Shown here: positions 30,036 to 40,322 of the stretch, in pieces
Position numbering within the stretch: the first letter of the stretch is position 1
How the letters are laid out: every line of letters begins with the position of its first letter
Assembly (NCBI GenBank): GCA_947458405.1
Contig: CANGZW010000008.1
Coordinates: forward strand, 4,523 to 68,522
DNA: 64,000 nt
DNA from: Leptospiraceae bacterium
GTDB taxonomy: Bacteria; Spirochaetota; Leptospiria; Leptospirales; Leptospiraceae
Direction of reading: 5' to 3'
Notes under the pieces: generated by a model
Told to the model about the DNA's origin: nothing
Seen by the model: the letters and a program-made list of their open reading frames with translations, nothing else
Database searches by the model: none
Translations under genes and position numbers: made by a program

Positions 30036-31436
30036 ATGATGCGATCTTTGTATTCCGGTGTGTCCGGCTTAAAGAACCACCAGGTAAGGATGGATGTTGT
30101 GGGTAATAACATTGCGAATGTAAACACCCATGGATTCAAATCGGAACGAGTAACATTCCAGGACATGATTTCACAGGAATTAGGAGCCGCTTCCGAACCC
30201 AAAGATAGTATTGGTGGTGTAAACCCAAAGCAAGTAGGACTTGGAGCTTTAATTGCAACTATTGATAAAATTATGACCCAAGGATCTTTCCAAACCACTG
30301 GAAAGAATACCGATATGGCAATTTCTGGAGAAGGATTTTTTATTGTTAAGAATGGTGATAAAGAATTTTATACCAGAGCTGGTGCATTCAATGTAGATAA
30401 AAATGGAAGTTTTGTAAATCCTGCCAATGGAGTGAAAGTTCAAGGTTGGAATTCAAGAATTGATGAAAATGGTAATAAATACCTCAATTCTTCAGCATCT
30501 ATTGAAGATATTAATATACCTCTTTATTCAAAAGAACCGGCTAAGTCAACCAAAGAAGTTGTATTTCAATCGAACTTAAATGGTGCCGCCCTAGCAGTTC
30601 CCGAAGGAGCCACTCCTGAAGATATTCAAAAAATGATTAGCGATCCAGATCCCAAAAAAAGAAGGGGACATTCTACTTCAATTAAGATATTTGATGACCA
30701 AGGAAATGAAAGAGAATTAAAAGTACAGTTCTACAAAGTTAGAGATAATGTTTGGAAAGCAAATGCAAGTATTACAGATGCAGGACAGGTTTCTATTGAT
30801 GTGGATTCAACTTCTGTAGGTGGACAAAATACACAACTTCCTGGAAATACAGAATTTGAGATCGGATTTGCTCCCGATGGAAAAATAGTCAGTGTTTCTG
30901 ATGGTGTTGATAGCCAATCAAGTGGTAATTTATCTGCAAAAATATCCTATAGAATTCCCGGAAACCCAGGAACCCAAACTATCGAGCTCAAACTCGGAGA
31001 AGCTGGAATGGTTGGTGGTGTAACACAATTCTCTGCTGATTTTACTACAAAAGCTGTAAAACAAGATGGATATGGAATGGGTTATATGGAAGCATTTTCC
31101 ATTGACAACAGTGGAACAATTACCGGGGTTTATTCAAATGGTGTTCAACAACCTCTTGCTAGAATTGCAATGGCAGTTTTCAACAACCCATCCGGTTTAA
31201 ATAAAGTCGGTGATACAATGTTTGCATATTCTATGAACTCTGGGGAACCCGGAATTGGTGAATCTGGAGTTGCTGGAAGAGGGAGAATCAATGCAGGACT
31301 TTTGGAAATGTCGAATGTTGACTTATCCGATGCCTTTACAGATATGATTGTTACCCAAAGAGGATTTCAGGCAAACTCCAAAACTATTACGACTTCCGAT
31401 CAGATGATCCAAGAAGTTTTGGGTCTAAAAAGGTAA
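30036..31436 (+). CDS. flgE: Flagellar hook protein FlgE (cysteine-free)
   Basis: The N-terminus [35 protein letters not shown] and the C-terminus [39 protein letters not shown] match FlgE. 466 aa, with no Cys anywhere. Confidence 0.9.
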   Translation: MMRSLYSGVSGLKNHQVRMDVVGNNIANVNTHGFKSERVTFQDMISQELGAASEPKDSIGGVNPKQVGLGALIATIDKIMTQGSFQTTGKNTDMAISGEGFFIVKNGDKEFYTRAGAFNVDKNGSFVNPANGVKVQGWNSRIDENGNKYLNSSASIEDINIPLYSKEPAKSTKEVVFQSNLNGAALAVPEGATPEDIQKMISDPDPKKRRGHSTSIKIFDDQGNERELKVQFYKVRDNVWKANASITDAGQVSIDVDSTSVGGQNTQLPGNTEFEIGFAPDGKIVSVSDGVDSQSSGNLSAKISYRIPGNPGTQTIELKLGEAGMVGGVTQFSADFTTKAVKQDGYGMGYMEAFSIDNSGTITGVYSNGVQQPLARIAMAVFNNPSGLNKVGDTMFAYSMNSGEPGIGESGVAGRGRINAGLLEMSNVDLSDAFTDMIVTQRGFQANSKTITTSDQMIQEVLGLKR

Positions 31437-31484
31437 GATTTTAACTTTTTAACTTAATATTTAAGTTTATACCTCCCAATTTAG

Positions 31485-31516
31485 GGCAGAGAATTGAAAA
31501 TTTCTCTGCCTTTTTT
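31485..31516 (+). terminator. Rho-independent terminator after flgE
   Basis: GGCAGAGAA / TTCTCTGCC 9-bp stem, an 8-nt loop, then TTTTTT. Confidence 0.75.
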
Positions 31517-31629
31517 GTTTTACTTCCTATAAAATTATCCTAATTTTATTTTTTACTTTTTCCTTTTTCTTTCCTTTTTATACTGGTAGAAGGTCAATAT
31601 AGGATTATTGAGTTGAGGTTGAAAAAAGG

Positions 31630-33612
31630 ATGTTTACACAATTTATTATAACAGATAATACAGATCTTTCAGGAAAAATAAATTCATATACACAACAGAT
31701 TCAGGCTGAAATTATCTTATTTTCTGATATTTTAAAAGATGAATTTCTCATTAAAACAACTAATAAATTTATACCTGTAGTTTTTTACTTAAAAAAAGAA
31801 ACACTATTAAATAATCATAAGGCTGTAAGAAATTTACTTACTGTTAACTCTAATTTTTTATCCATGATAATTGTAGATTGTCCTTCGGATGAGGATGTTT
31901 TTTCAAAAACAGACTTAGAAAATGATATATATTACAACAACATAGAATTTTCCTCCCCAACTATTTTTATAGCAAGAAATTTAATAAATGTTTTTAGTTA
32001 TTTGCAGATGCGAAAAGAGGGTTTTGAACTTCAATACAAGCATAATATTAGTTCAAGTCACATCTCAAAATTAACAAGAATAGGCATGAGCCTTGGAAAT
32101 GAAAAAGATTTCACCAAACTTTTAAGAGATATCTTATTCAGTGCCCGTGAAATTTGTATTGCAGATGGTGGATCACTCTATCTAGTCGAAAAAGATGACA
32201 ATGGAGTTCCCAAAAACTTAAGATTTAAGGTTTCTGCTCTGGATTTAAAAACTAGTGAATTTATCATGCCATTAAACAAACAAAGTATCTCAGGATATGT
32301 TGCGTTTACGGGTCAACTATTAAATATTCCCGATGCTTACAATTTACCCGCTAATGTTGAATATAAATTTAATAATGAATATGATAAATTAAAAAATTAT
32401 TATTCTAAAAGTATGCTAGTTGTACCTATGAAAAATCACACAGGGGAAGTTATAGGTGTAATACAGTTAATAAATAAAAAAAGAAATTTTAATCAAAAAT
32501 TAACACCTGAACAAATGATGGGAAATGATGTTACCCCTTTTGATAAGTATTCAGAAGATTTAGTTATGAGTGTAGCAGGACAGGCAGCAGTTGCAATACA
32601 AAATAATAATTTAATTATGGATATTGAAAAGTTATTTGAAGGATTTGTCACTGCAAGCGTAAGTGCAATTGAATCTAGAGATCCAACTACAAGTGGTCAT
32701 TCTTTTAGGGTTGCGGAATTTACTGTTGGTCTTGCTAAATTAGTAGATAGTCTCGATTCAGGCATATTCAAAGATATTAAATTTAATTATGATCAAATGA
32801 GAGAAATTCGTTATGCATCTTTACTACATGATTTTGGAAAAGTTGGAGTCAGGGAGAAAGTTCTCGTAAAGTCAAAAAAATTAGAAGGTCATCAATTAGA
32901 TATAATTAAATGGAGATTTTTTTATCTACAAAAAGATATAGAAGCAAAATTAAATCAGAAAAAAGTCGACTTCTTGAAAAATAATGGAAGTTTAGGGTTC
33001 CCTGATTATGAGAAAAAAATTGATCTTGAGTTTCAAGTAGAAAAAGAGAGACTCAAGGATCTAATGGATATAATAATTAAGTGCAATGAGCCCTCCATTT
33101 TAGAGCAATCAAGTTCCCAACTATTAGATGATATTGCCAAAATAAATTATGATTTTTTAGATGGGACAGCATACCCATTGATTACTCAAACGGAATATAA
33201 TTTTCTCTCTATCAAAAAAGGATCATTAGACACCCAAGAAAGACTTGAAATAGAATCACATGTGGAACATACTTATCAATTTTTAAGCAAAATTCCATGG
33301 ACTGATGGACTCAAAGCAATACCAAGAATTGCTCATGCTCACCATGAAAAGTTAGATGGTACAGGATATCCAAGAGGATTACAAAATCATGAAATACCAA
33401 TCCAATCTAAAATGATGACTATTGCTGATATATATGATGCTCTTACAGATAAGGATAGACCATACAAAAAAGCTATCCCGGTTGAAAGAGCCCTAGACAT
33501 ATTAAAGATGGAAGTAAAAGATAATCATGTTGATAATGATTTGTTGAATGTTTTTATTGAGGGAAAAGTTTTCGATATCCTTTCAAAAAAATCTCCCTCA
33601 TTTATTGCATAA
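31630..33612 (+). CDS. GAF domain / HD-GYP domain protein (putative c-di-GMP phosphodiesterase)
   Basis: HD-GYP motifs [31 protein letters not shown] and IADIYDALT. The central region is GAF-like (ADGGSLYLV ... [10 protein letters not shown]). The N-terminal ~150 aa are unassigned. Confidence 0.8.
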   Translation: MFTQFIITDNTDLSGKINSYTQQIQAEIILFSDILKDEFLIKTTNKFIPVVFYLKKETLLNNHKAVRNLLTVNSNFLSMIIVDCPSDEDVFSKTDLENDIYYNNIEFSSPTIFIARNLINVFSYLQMRKEGFELQYKHNISSSHISKLTRIGMSLGNEKDFTKLLRDILFSAREICIADGGSLYLVEKDDNGVPKNLRFKVSALDLKTSEFIMPLNKQSISGYVAFTGQLLNIPDAYNLPANVEYKFNNEYDKLKNYYSKSMLVVPMKNHTGEVIGVIQLINKKRNFNQKLTPEQMMGNDVTPFDKYSEDLVMSVAGQAAVAIQNNNLIMDIEKLFEGFVTASVSAIESRDPTTSGHSFRVAEFTVGLAKLVDSLDSGIFKDIKFNYDQMREIRYASLLHDFGKVGVREKVLVKSKKLEGHQLDIIKWRFFYLQKDIEAKLNQKKVDFLKNNGSLGFPDYEKKIDLEFQVEKERLKDLMDIIIKCNEPSILEQSSSQLLDDIAKINYDFLDGTAYPLITQTEYNFLSIKKGSLDTQERLEIESHVEHTYQFLSKIPWTDGLKAIPRIAHAHHEKLDGTGYPRGLQNHEIPIQSKMMTIADIYDALTDKDRPYKKAIPVERALDILKMEVKDNHVDNDLLNVFIEGKVFDILSKKSPSFIA

Positions 33613-33614
33613 AA

Positions 33615-34229
33615 TTAATCTTCATCATCAATAAATTTTTCACCTTTTCTGGCACTACTTGTCATTTTACTGAGTTTTTTAAAACCAGCTGTAGTACCTG
33701 TTTTGCTGGAATTAAAACCTGAGGTATAATCTTTGGAGATACCAATCTTCTCAGCTTCTGAAAATGAATCCTGATTGGCTCCTAAGAATACAAAAATCCA
33801 GTTATAATTTACGGTCTGATGGGTGATTTTTTTTAAGATTTCAGCTCTACTATAGATTCTACTCTGATTTTCCTGTCCGTCAGTTAATATACAGATAAGA
33901 ACTTTTTCTGGACGCCTGGGTTCTGGAGTATTTGAAAGTCTGACACCTGTGGAATCAATCACTGTTCCGAGTGCATCCAAAAGAGCTGTTCCACCATCTG
34001 GAATATAATTATTCTGATCTAAATAGGGAATTGAATTTATCGATAAGTTTTCATAAATTAAGTTTAATTTATTATTAAAAAGATATAAAGTAACCGAGGC
34101 GGAACCTTCTTCTCTTTTTTGCTCATTTAAAAAATTATTAAACCCTTCAATAGATTCTGTAGTTATTGGCTCCATTGATCCTGATCTATCTATGATACAA
34201 ATTATTTCTGTGTGATTTTGGTTTGGCAT
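33615..34229 (-). CDS. von Willebrand factor type A domain protein
   Basis: MIDAS motif IICIIDRSGSM. The ATG at 34229 is preceded by AAAGGAGAA, whereas the longest ORF starts at 34265. Confidence 0.7.
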   Translation of the reverse strand: MPNQNHTEIICIIDRSGSMEPITTESIEGFNNFLNEQKREEGSASVTLYLFNNKLNLIYENLSINSIPYLDQNNYIPDGGTALLDALGTVIDSTGVRLSNTPEPRRPEKVLICILTDGQENQSRIYSRAEILKKITHQTVNYNWIFVFLGANQDSFSEAEKIGISKDYTSGFNSSKTGTTAGFKKLSKMTSSARKGEKFIDDED

Positions 34230-34296
34230 AGTTAATTCTCCTTTAATGAGTATATGCCAAACCAATGGGGAGATATTTCACTCTTACAAAAAAAAA

Positions 34297-35235
34297 CTAC
34301 TTTTTCAAAAAAGAATTCAACATTTCTCTCAATCCTTCCTCTATACGGGTAACCTTAAAATCAGGGAATTTTTTCTTGAATTTATCATAAGACATAATAT
34401 AGTCATAGTCAAATTGATACATCATCTCATTTAACTCACCTAGGCTTGGAATAAAAAAGGAAAGAGTTTTTCGCAAAAAAGACGGAAGATAAGATGCTTC
34501 GTAATTAGTTTTTAGTATTTTATTTATCAAAATGGTAGTTTCGGTAATTGTAATTGCTTCACTTACAGGCAAATGCCAAACTTCACCATAACAGGAGTCT
34601 TCTAATGCTAATATAACTAAGGCTTTAGCTATATCAGGAATATAAGAATATGTATGTCTTACTTTTAGTTTTGCAATAGATTGAGGGTTTTTATTATTTA
34701 TAATATTTTCAATAAAAGAAGGATACAGTGCACAATTCGTTACATTCGGACCATAAAAATCTGCCGCTCTGGCTACTATTGCTTTTATTCGGTTTTGCTT
34801 ATGAGCCTGTACTACCATTTCTGAAATTTCTTTCCTGATCTTTCCTTTTTTAGAGGACGGAGAGCGGGGATGAGATTCATCAAATGGGACATTCAGTGGA
34901 ATTGGACCATACATATATATATTATCTAAAAATATGAGTTTGGAGTTAGATTTTTCACAAGCTGAAATCACATTTTCCATAACAATTGGCCAGTCTCTTT
35001 CCCAAACCTTAGTTGAATATTGAAGTCCTGCACATAAATATACATGACTTGCTGAAATTGTTGCATTCTCCGTTTCTTTCTTATCTAATAAATTAGCATG
35101 CATACAGGTTACCCCCGGTATATCATTAGAACGAACTACACCCCTAAAATTTAAATTTCTTACTTTTAATTCATCAAGGAGGGCAAGACCAGAAACACCC
35201 CTAGCACCCAAAACGACATGTAGTTCTTCATTCAT
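34297..35235 (-). CDS. NAD(P)-dependent epimerase/dehydratase-like (atypical/extended SDR)
   Basis: N-terminal Rossmann motif VVLGARGVSGLAL; 312 aa; substrate not inferable. Confidence 0.65.
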   Translation of the reverse strand: MNEELHVVLGARGVSGLALLDELKVRNLNFRGVVRSNDIPGVTCMHANLLDKKETENATISASHVYLCAGLQYSTKVWERDWPIVMENVISACEKSNSKLIFLDNIYMYGPIPLNVPFDESHPRSPSSKKGKIRKEISEMVVQAHKQNRIKAIVARAADFYGPNVTNCALYPSFIENIINNKNPQSIAKLKVRHTYSYIPDIAKALVILALEDSCYGEVWHLPVSEAITITETTILINKILKTNYEASYLPSFLRKTLSFFIPSLGELNEMMYQFDYDYIMSYDKFKKKFPDFKVTRIEEGLREMLNSFLKK

Positions 35236-35545
35236 TTTAATTTCCTTTAAGTATACTTTTTCTATTGTTGAATAGTCATAAAGTTGGTATTTATTTATAT
35301 TTATCTTAGATTACATATCTCTCGTCAACTTATTTTTAATAACTCATTTTCGAATTGATTAGAATTAAGTATTAATAAATAATTTATTAAGAGTATAAAA
35401 TTATAAAACATAAATGATTAAAAATATAAAAGAATATTATAATTTTTAATAATATTCTTTTTATAAATAAATTTTAGTATTAAAAATATTTTTTAAAATT
35501 CCTTTTTTAATAGACAATTTTATTTCATAATATATGTTTATAAAC

Positions 35546-36064
35546 ATGAAAAAAATTTTATTAATTATTTTTATTTTTATAATAAATTGTAGTTCAAGTT
35601 CTGAATTTAGAAGTACCGTTCCAAATGTAGATATTAATAAATTTATGGGAAAATGGTATGTAATTGGATCAAGACCCACTTCCTTTGAAGAGGGAGCCTT
35701 TAATGCTATTGAGATTTATACATATAATGCTGATAAAGAAGAGATAAATATAGATTTTACTTATAACAAAGATAGCATAAATGGACCTTTAAAGTCCGTA
35801 CCACAAAAAGGATATATTATAGATAAAGTAAATAATTCTTACTGGAAGGTTTCTCCTTTTTGGCCATTAAAATTTGATTACTTAATTATTTCCCTTGAAA
35901 AAGATTATAGTTGGACTGTTATTGGTGTTCCTGATCAAAAATATATTTGGATTATGGCAAGAACACCAACTATCAAAGAGGATCAATACCAACAAATTTT
36001 AACATCAATCAATAAATTGGGTTATGACTCTAAAAATATAAAAAAAATTACTAATATACAATAA
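35546..36064 (+). CDS. blc: Bacterial lipocalin (Blc-like outer-membrane lipoprotein)
   Basis: Lipobox FIINCSSS and lipocalin motif INKFMGKWYVIGSRP. Start taken at MKKILL (35546); an upstream ATG at 35534 is also possible. Confidence 0.75.
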   Translation: MKKILLIIFIFIINCSSSSEFRSTVPNVDINKFMGKWYVIGSRPTSFEEGAFNAIEIYTYNADKEEINIDFTYNKDSINGPLKSVPQKGYIIDKVNNSYWKVSPFWPLKFDYLIISLEKDYSWTVIGVPDQKYIWIMARTPTIKEDQYQQILTSINKLGYDSKNIKKITNIQ

Positions 36065-36076
36065 ATCTAGGCTTAA

Positions 36077-37117
36077 TTATTGGAGTGCATTCTCAATAAG
36101 TAAGTCAAAGATTGAACTCATAGTTTCACCAGAATGTAATACTTGTTGAGGGATTAAACTTGTTTCTGTCATACCGGGAAGAGTATTGGTTTCTAATATA
36201 TATGGAATTTCATTTTCAATTATAAAATCTGTTCGGGAATAACCCTTGCATCCCAAAACAGAGTGGGCTTTTACTGCAAGATTTCTTACCAGATTCATCA
36301 TATTTTCAGAAATTCTTGCAGGTGTAATTTCCTTACTTCCACCTAAATTATATTTTGATTCAAAATCAAAAAATTCTCCATTTGGAATTATTTCTGTTGG
36401 ATAAAGGGGGGTGGGTGTAAAAATATTATCAATTTTTTTTTCTATCACACCACAGGAAACTTCAACACCTTTTATTGGTTTTTGAAGTAATGCCCTAGAA
36501 TCAATTTCAAAAAGATTGATTAAGATATTTTCCAACTCTGTTTTATTTTTGGCAATTCCTGTACATACACTCGATCCACCACTATTTGGTTTTACAAAAT
36601 AGGGATATGAGAGTATCGACTCTAAAATTTTTTCTCTACCATTGAAGTATTCTAATTTTTTAATTTCAAAATATGGTGATACGAAAAAGTTATTTTTCTC
36701 ATAAATTTGATTGGAGATATACTTATCCATGGCTATAGACGAAGCTGTAATACCGGACCCAGTAAATTGAATTCTTAATGCTGAAAGAAATCCTTGAATT
36801 GTCCCATTTTCACCTTCTCCACCATGAAAACCTAAAAAACAAACATCAGGATTAAGAAATACAGGAAAATTTCTATTTTTATTATTAAATTCTTTTAAAA
36901 ATTCTAATTCTAGCTCGGATGATTTCATTCCAATATTTCCCGGAAAATTAGAGATGGGAGTATTTGGGTAAAACCATTCTCCCTTTTTGTTTAACAAGAT
37001 AGGAATTAAATCGTATTTTTGTTTATCTAAAGTTTCAAAGATAAATCTTCCTGATTTTAAAGAAATATCATGCTCGGATGAATTACCTCCAAACAGAACT
37101 GCAATTTTTTTTTTCAT
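36077..37117 (-). CDS. ddl: D-alanine--D-alanine ligase
   Basis: MKKKIAVLFGGNSSEHDISLKSG, GGEGENGTIQG and a C-terminal ILETNTLPGMT. Confidence 0.9.
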   Translation of the reverse strand: MKKKIAVLFGGNSSEHDISLKSGRFIFETLDKQKYDLIPILLNKKGEWFYPNTPISNFPGNIGMKSSELELEFLKEFNNKNRNFPVFLNPDVCFLGFHGGEGENGTIQGFLSALRIQFTGSGITASSIAMDKYISNQIYEKNNFFVSPYFEIKKLEYFNGREKILESILSYPYFVKPNSGGSSVCTGIAKNKTELENILINLFEIDSRALLQKPIKGVEVSCGVIEKKIDNIFTPTPLYPTEIIPNGEFFDFESKYNLGGSKEITPARISENMMNLVRNLAVKAHSVLGCKGYSRTDFIIENEIPYILETNTLPGMTETSLIPQQVLHSGETMSSIFDLLIENALQ

Positions 37118-37989
37118 TTAGTACTATTTTTTCTCTGATAAATTGTATGACCTAAAAATTTAAAATTATCTGAAATACCAAATAGAGTCTCACTGTGTCC
37201 TATAATTAGGATACTTTCTTCATGCATGATCTTCTCAATATTTAAGAAAATCTTTCTTTGGGTTGGTTTATCAAAATAAATTATGACATTTCTACAAAAA
37301 ACAATATCCATCTTCTCTGAAAATGGGTAAGTCTCAAGGAGATTAATTTTACGAAAAGTTATTAACTCCCTAATATTCGGTTTAATTTTAAATTCCCTTC
37401 CATCCTCTCCATTTACTTGAATAAAATGTTTGGCTATGATATCTTTGTTGATACTAACGAATCTATCTTCTTTATAAATACCCTTATCTGCAATACTTAA
37501 TACGTTGGTATCTATATCAGAGGCATATATTTTAATATCCCAACCATATTTTCCTTGAAAATAATCAAAAGCAGTTATGGCAATGGAATAAGGTTCTTCC
37601 CCAGTTGAAGATGCCGAACACCAGATGCGGATAGTTTTTTTTACATTAATTTTATTTTTCTCTTCTAGTAAAGGAAAAGCTGTAGATTTTAAATACTCGA
37701 AATGATGATTTTCCCGAAAGAAATCAGTTTTATTTGTAGTTACTCTGTTTATAATTTCTAATATTTCATTTTGAAAGAATATTGGTTCAAATTTTAACTT
37801 TTTAACGTATTCTTGAAAATTTGGTATCTGATTTTGTCTTAACCTAACGTTTAATCTGGATTGTAGCATTATCTTTTTATGGGGAGCTAAAGAAATACCT
37901 GTCTTTTCATAAATAATAGTTTTTAAATAATCAAATTCAGGTTCTTCTATATTGGGAATTGAACCAAAGCCTATATCAGTCACAATCAT
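37114..37989 (-). CDS. cheR: Chemotaxis protein methyltransferase CheR
   Basis: SAM-binding IRIWCSASSTGEEPYSIAI and FCRNVIIYFD. It has a 4-nt overlap with ddl. Confidence 0.85.
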   Translation of the reverse strand: MIVTDIGFGSIPNIEEPEFDYLKTIIYEKTGISLAPHKKIMLQSRLNVRLRQNQIPNFQEYVKKLKFEPIFFQNEILEIINRVTTNKTDFFRENHHFEYLKSTAFPLLEEKNKINVKKTIRIWCSASSTGEEPYSIAITAFDYFQGKYGWDIKIYASDIDTNVLSIADKGIYKEDRFVSINKDIIAKHFIQVNGEDGREFKIKPNIRELITFRKINLLETYPFSEKMDIVFCRNVIIYFDKPTQRKIFLNIEKIMHEESILIIGHSETLFGISDNFKFLGHTIYQRKNSTK

Positions 37990-38047
37990 ATCCTCCTGAA
38001 AAGCCTGAAATTATGCAAACATAAAAAGCAAAATTAAAAAGCTGAAA

Positions 38048-38221
38048 TTATTTCCATTTCATATGAACTTTTTTATTTTTTTCTGCACAATCTTTTAAGT
38101 ATAAGTTGATTAAATTTTGGTACTTAATACCAGAAATCTTAGCTTGTTTTTTAAAATAATTAATAGTGGATTCATCAATTCGAATTGAGATTAATTTTTT
38201 TTTAATAGGTTCATTTTCCAT
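38048..38221 (-). CDS. BrnA-like ribbon-helix-helix antitoxin (orphan)
   Basis: 57 aa from the ATG at 38221. KKLISIRIDESTINYFKKQAKISGIKYQNLINLYLKD matches the BrnA pattern as I recall it (xIRLDxxVLxxFKxxxxxxGxGYQTLIN). No BrnT-like ORF is adjacent. Confidence 0.5.
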   Translation of the reverse strand: MENEPIKKKLISIRIDESTINYFKKQAKISGIKYQNLINLYLKDCAEKNKKVHMKWK

Positions 38222-38240
38222 AATTGCAAATAGAATATAG

Positions 38241-39443
38241 TTATTTATAATTAGCAAGAATTCTTTTTAGAATTGGAAAGAGTCTGAAACTTCCTGTGAC
38301 TATGTAAAACTGTTCCTTTTTCCATAGAAAGTTAGTTTCTAAGTTAATTATTTTCTTAATTCTACTATTCTCTATTTTTAAGTCGGTAAATGGAAACTCC
38401 TGTAGTATGTATATATTCTCTATAATATTAGAGCTTAAGATATTAAATACAATTCCCTCAATATCTTTATCACTCATTACTCCTAATATTATATCCCATT
38501 TTTTACCAAGATATGTTTTAGATATTGAAACTAATAAATTTTCAATTCCCGATGGATTATGGGATACATCATATATAATAAATGGTTCATAATTTATGAT
38601 TTCCATTCTCCCGCTAATTTTTATATCTTGATAATTCTCAATATTTACTGATAATTCTTTATTTTTTTTTGATTTATAAAATTCTTTAATATTTTCTATT
38701 ATAAAATTACAATATTTATTATTATAATCTAAATAATTATTATATTCCATTATTTGATCTTTAAATTCGTAAATTTCAATATTACTATATTTTTTACTAC
38801 TTATGTACTTTTTAATTAAGTCAACTGTAACACAATCTTGCTTCATGTAAAATATTTTTTTGGTATTTTCGGTAATTATACCCATTTTTTCAGTTAATAT
38901 TTTTTCTAATGTATCTCCTAGTATCTCCACATGATCTAATTCAATTCTTGTAATGACAACTATATCTGAATAAAAACATCTGGTTGCATCTAATCTACCA
39001 CCAAGTCCGGCTTCTATTATTTGAAAATCTACCTGTTTTAATTCAAAATAAATCATTGCTACTAAAGTTAATATTTCAAAATAAGAAAGAGTTAAAAGTA
39101 AGTTTATTTCATCCTCACTTAGATTATTTATCCAGATGTTTAAAAAATCCATTGGTATTTCAACTGAATTCAATTGTATTCGCTCTGTGAAATTAATTAA
39201 ATGGGGAGATGTATAAAGACCAGTTCTATAATTTTGGTTTAATTTTTTAGCCAATAAATTAGAAACTGAACCCTTTCCATTTGTTCCCACTATGGAAATT
39301 TTAATAGAATTAGGGTTGGGATTTTTATTAAAATAATTTACTAATTTCTGAAAATTAGAGAGATTATATTCTTTAAAATGGTTAACATTTCTTGATTTTT
39401 CAAAATTAGTTAAATTTAACAAAAAATTTTCAAAAGATTCCAC
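38241..39443 (-). CDS. folC: Folylpolyglutamate synthase / dihydrofolate synthase (Mur ligase family)
   Basis: P-loop VGTNGKGSVSNLLA, then YTSPHLINFTERI; 400 aa. Confidence 0.75.
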   Translation of the reverse strand: MESFENFLLNLTNFEKSRNVNHFKEYNLSNFQKLVNYFNKNPNPNSIKISIVGTNGKGSVSNLLAKKLNQNYRTGLYTSPHLINFTERIQLNSVEIPMDFLNIWINNLSEDEINLLLTLSYFEILTLVAMIYFELKQVDFQIIEAGLGGRLDATRCFYSDIVVITRIELDHVEILGDTLEKILTEKMGIITENTKKIFYMKQDCVTVDLIKKYISSKKYSNIEIYEFKDQIMEYNNYLDYNNKYCNFIIENIKEFYKSKKNKELSVNIENYQDIKISGRMEIINYEPFIIYDVSHNPSGIENLLVSISKTYLGKKWDIILGVMSDKDIEGIVFNILSSNIIENIYILQEFPFTDLKIENSRIKKIINLETNFLWKKEQFYIVTGSFRLFPILKRILANYK

Positions 39444-39647
39444 AGTTTACTACCATCCTAATTTTAAATATTACCAAAATTATGTCATTAATCATAAATA
39501 TTTTTTTTAAATTATCCAACTTTACCTTTTAATGAATTCTTGGGTTTTGATTTTCATATTATAATAGGTTTTTCTATTTTCAAAGAACTCTTAAGTTTCA
39601 TTCTGGTATGGAGGAAGGGGATATAGACATTCCCTATATTTTGCCAA

Positions 39648-40319
39648 ATGGAAATTCTTAAACTTGCTATTGATTTTGTTCTTCACATTGATAATTACTT
39701 AGATGTTATTTTAAAAGAATACGGAACTTTAGCCTACATAATTCTCTTCTTAATTATTTTTGCGGAGACAGGTTTGGTAGTAACTCCTTTTTTACCCGGA
39801 GATTCCCTTTTATTTGCTATTGGGGCGATCACTGCCAGAGGGGATTTAGATCTAACCCTAATTTTAATCCTATTAACATTTGCCGCTATCTTGGGTGATA
39901 CAGTTAATTATAGGGTGGGTGCATTTTTTAAAGAACGAATATTAAATGGAGAAAGGATTCGTTTTATTAAGGAATCTCATATTGAAAGAACCAAAGAATT
40001 TTATGATGACTATGGTGGAAAAACTATTATTATAGGTAGATTCGTTCCAATTATTAGAACCTTTGCTCCATTTGTAGCAGGAATTGGAACTATGGAATAC
40101 AAACAATTTTTGTTTTATAACGTAATTGGGGGTGTGATTTGGATAACAATTTTTACAATCGCTGGATATTACTTTGGAAATCTCCCTATGATTCGAAAAA
40201 ACTTTACCTTAGTCATTTTTGCAATAATTATCTTATCAATACTACCTGCAGTTTTTGAATATTTCAGAAGTAAAAAAAATAAGATTAATATTATTAAAGA
40301 TTCTAACGAAGGCGTTTGA
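39648..40319 (+). CDS. dedA: DedA family membrane protein
   Basis: [19 protein letters not shown] and [16 protein letters not shown] motifs. Confidence 0.85.
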   Translation: MEILKLAIDFVLHIDNYLDVILKEYGTLAYIILFLIIFAETGLVVTPFLPGDSLLFAIGAITARGDLDLTLILILLTFAAILGDTVNYRVGAFFKERILNGERIRFIKESHIERTKEFYDDYGGKTIIIGRFVPIIRTFAPFVAGIGTMEYKQFLFYNVIGGVIWITIFTIAGYYFGNLPMIRKNFTLVIFAIIILSILPAVFEYFRSKKNKINIIKDSNEGV

Positions 40320-40322
40320 TTT

